A DNA stretch of 38,783 nt from Pseudomonadota bacterium (GTDB taxonomy: Bacteria; Pseudomonadota; Alphaproteobacteria; Caulobacterales; Hyphomonadaceae): NCBI GenBank assembly GCA_039820085.1, contig JBCBQS010000001.1:1-38783 (forward strand), given 5' to 3'. The translations under genes were made by a program, and so were the position numbers. This document shows, piece after piece, positions 36,474 through 38,783 of the stretch. The notes under the pieces were generated by a model. The model was not told where the DNA came from. It saw only the letters and a list, made by a program, of their open reading frames with translations, and searched no databases. Positions within the stretch are counted from its first letter, which is position 1; every line of letters begins with the position of its first letter.

Positions 36474-37883
36474 ATGGAGTCTGCTGCGCCTCTCAAAAAC
36501 CGTTTTCAGCGCCTCTCGCTGGCGCGCCGATTGATGATCGGTGCGCTGTTGTGGAGCCTCCTGCTGGTCACAGGCGGCGTCTTCGCAATGACCGCTGTCT
36601 ATCGCGCTGAAGCCCTGAACCTCTTGGATGATGAGCACGCAACGACCATCCAGACCCTAGCCCGAGCCATCCGCCCGCTCGACGATGGCACTGGTCGCAT
36701 CGAGGATTTAGAGGATCGTCACCCGCCAGATCCGCGCTTTACCGTTCCGCTGTCCGGAAAGTATTGGATGATGGTGGCGCTTGATGAAAATGCCATCCAT
36801 GTTGCCGATATCACGTCTCGATCAGTGTTTGATGAGACGATCAAGTTGCCTGAGACGATCACCCGGCAAGCCTTTGATAATCCAGGGCAGTTTATCAGCG
36901 TCAATGGGGTGGGCCCGGCGCAAGAGCCGGCGCGATACACCGTTCAGTCAACGACATATCCAGAGCGCGATAACCCTGTTTTGCTGGTAGCGATTTCAGA
37001 TCGTACCCTGACGATGGCCGGTGTTGACCGGTTGCGCACAATTTTGCTCGTCGCTATGCTCGCGCTTGCGGGCGGGACACTGCTCGCCATGGCCTTGGCG
37101 CTTCGATATGCTTTGCGGCCGCTGGATCGTATCCAATCTGACCTCACCGAGATTCGAGAAGGACGCCAGGCAGCACTGTCCGGCGATTACCCAGCCGAAG
37201 TGACGCCGCTCAGCGAAGAACTCAATAAGCTGCTTGAGCACAACCGCGCGGTCGTTTCGCGGGCCCGCACGCATGTGGGCAATCTTGCTCATGCTCTGAA
37301 AACACCGCTCGCCGTGCTTCGAAATGAGGCGACAGGCGAGAGCCAGCTAGACGATGTTGTCCGCCGACAATCTGAGACCATGCATTCCAATGTTGAGCAT
37401 TATTTGCGGCGTGCCCAGGCTGCGGCCAGAGCAGAGGCATTGGGCGTTCGAACGCAAGTTTCCGAAGCTGCTGACGGTCTTGCGCGGGTTATGAACCGGC
37501 TGTTTGAGGCCGATGGAAAAACGGTCAGAGTGGATATTGCTGACGATCTTTTTGTGCGCACGGAGCGTCAAGATTTAGAAGAGATACTTGGCAATCTGCT
37601 CGACAATGCCTGCAAGTGGACGACGAACCAAGTGATTGTGCGCGCCGCGCAAGCCGAAGATGGAATGGTGCTCATTCAAATCGATGATGACGGACCAGGG
37701 CTGTCAGAAAGTGAGCGCGCTCAAGCGGTTAAAAGGGGCATTCGATTAGACGAAACGGCCCCCGGCACGGGCCTCGGCTTGTCCATTGTTGCGGATATTA
37801 CGGATATGAATGGTGGCACATTGACGCTTGAAGAAAGCCCAATGGGCGGTTTGCGGGCTTCAGTACGGCTGCGTCGGGCATGA
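36474..37883 (+). CDS. Sensor histidine kinase (FeuQ/PhoQ-like)
   Basis: Two TMs, HAMP, H-box NLAHALKTPL, N-box NLLDNA, DDDGPG and GTGLGL. Confidence 0.95.
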   Translation: MESAAPLKNRFQRLSLARRLMIGALLWSLLLVTGGVFAMTAVYRAEALNLLDDEHATTIQTLARAIRPLDDGTGRIEDLEDRHPPDPRFTVPLSGKYWMMVALDENAIHVADITSRSVFDETIKLPETITRQAFDNPGQFISVNGVGPAQEPARYTVQSTTYPERDNPVLLVAISDRTLTMAGVDRLRTILLVAMLALAGGTLLAMALALRYALRPLDRIQSDLTEIREGRQAALSGDYPAEVTPLSEELNKLLEHNRAVVSRARTHVGNLAHALKTPLAVLRNEATGESQLDDVVRRQSETMHSNVEHYLRRAQAAARAEALGVRTQVSEAADGLARVMNRLFEADGKTVRVDIADDLFVRTERQDLEEILGNLLDNACKWTTNQVIVRAAQAEDGMVLIQIDDDGPGLSESERAQAVKRGIRLDETAPGTGLGLSIVADITDMNGGTLTLEESPMGGLRASVRLRRA

Positions 37884-37932
37884 TCAACGTGCCGCAGGGG
37901 ATCGTTAGATAATTCGCGCTATATATGAGAAC

Positions 37933-38367
37933 ATGAGAGCAAGAACGAAGAGACTTTATGCGGTAGGTGCAGCGGCCATTCTGGTGGTCGCAGCGGGCTT
38001 TCTCGCGTCAACGGCGCTTCGTCAACACGCCGATTTATTCTATACGCCGCAGCTGCTTGTCGAGCGGGGAATGCCAGAGCCCGGTCAGCGCATTCGCGTT
38101 GGTGGATTCGTCGAATATGGCTCTCGCGAAAACGGAGACGGCGCAGAAATTCTCTTCACGATCGGAGATGGCTCAGGTGAAACTGTACGCGTCTCTTATA
38201 CAGGTCTCGTTCCTGACCTCTTCCGAGAGGGCCAAGGGGTTGTTGCGACGGGTCGGTTCGAACAAGGCTCTCGTGTGTTTGTCGCGAAAGAAATCCTCGC
38301 GAAACATGATGAGGATTACCAACCACGTGAGTTAGAAGGCCTCGAACCGCCATCAACCGGCGCCTAG
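37933..38367 (+). CDS. ccmE: Cytochrome c maturation heme chaperone CcmE
   Basis: N-terminal anchor, FYTP, RIRVGG.V..GS, PDLFREGQGVVA.G and heme-binding LAKHDEDY. Confidence 0.95.
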   Translation: MRARTKRLYAVGAAAILVVAAGFLASTALRQHADLFYTPQLLVERGMPEPGQRIRVGGFVEYGSRENGDGAEILFTIGDGSGETVRVSYTGLVPDLFREGQGVVATGRFEQGSRVFVAKEILAKHDEDYQPRELEGLEPPSTGA

Positions 38368-38450
38368 TTCACAAGATTGAGACCCACGCTTGATTGGCAG
38401 AATGGCCGAACCGCTCCTATCTGGCTGGCACGAGTTACGGAGCAAGTCTC

Positions 38451-38783
38451 ATGCAAAGCCAAAGCATCGCGTTTACGAACGCCACCGGAGCCTCTCTTTC
38501 TGGCGTCCTAGAAGTCCCTGACGGTGACCCCGCCGGTTGGGCCATCTTTGCCCATTGTTTTACATGTTCGAAAAAGAGTTTAGCTGCGAGCCGGGTTGCG
38601 AGAGGACTGGCAGAGCGCGGGATTGGTGTCCTGCGGTTTGACTTCACCGGCCTTGGGGAATCGGGCGGTGATTTTTCAACAAGCGGGTTTTCCTCAGATG
38701 TCGCAGACCTGATCTCCGCGGCGGATTGGATGGCGACGACAGGGCGATCAGTAAGCTTGATGATCGGACACTCGCTCGGGGGT
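38451..38783 (+). CDS. Alpha/beta hydrolase (N-terminal part of the bifunctional hydrolase/OsmC family), truncated by the window end
   Basis: Absent from the ORF track and translated by hand: MQSQSIAF...AIFAHCFTCSK...VLRFDFTGLGESGG...IGHSLGG (nucleophile elbow). Confidence 0.9.
   Translation, partial: MQSQSIAFTNATGASLSGVLEVPDGDPAGWAIFAHCFTCSKKSLAASRVARGLAERGIGVLRFDFTGLGESGGDFSTSGFSSDVADLISAADWMATTGRSVSLMIGHSLGG

Noticed and set aside
38425-38443. CTGGCACG upstream of the hydrolase as a sigma54 promoter
   Set aside because: GG-N10 is followed by GG, with no TTGC at the required spacing.
1-38783. CRISPR array, rRNA or insertion sequence
   Set aside because: No regularly spaced repeats, rRNA-like stretch or transposase ORF seen. 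Almost all sequence is accounted for by coding genes.

Overview
Chromosomal segment of an alphaproteobacterium, most likely Caulobacterales/Hyphomonadaceae. That placement is inferred from the mgtE-spmX-isovaleryl-CoA dehydrogenase synteny and the short Caulobacterales-type GTA hub. The left half (1-20.4 kb) is housekeeping: radC, map, a BLUF photoreceptor, pccA, two DUF805-like proteins, lipB, tRNA-Leu(GAG), mgtE, spmX with a sigma54 promoter, and a leucine-catabolism cluster (liuA/B/C/D) interrupted by unrelated genes. Positions 20.4-34.5 kb hold an RcGTA-like gene transfer agent head-tail cluster (large terminase to megatron) with intact ORFs. The cluster is unusual in three ways: (i) an antisense two-gene module (ParA-family ATPase plus a 142-aa partner) lies between terminase and portal; (ii) a secreted DM13-domain gene lies between the NlpC/P60 peptidase and megatron; (iii) no small-terminase or stopper (g7) gene is visible, and the tape measure and hub are short. 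The right end has a DnaJ/CbpA-like gene, a PepSY + OmpR-family two-component operon, a lone ccmE and a truncated alpha/beta hydrolase. The first ~60 bp are the missing radC catalytic segment in inverted orientation between 9-bp inverted repeats, which is either a fold-back artefact or a micro-inversion. All assignments come from motif recognition by eye; no searches were run.
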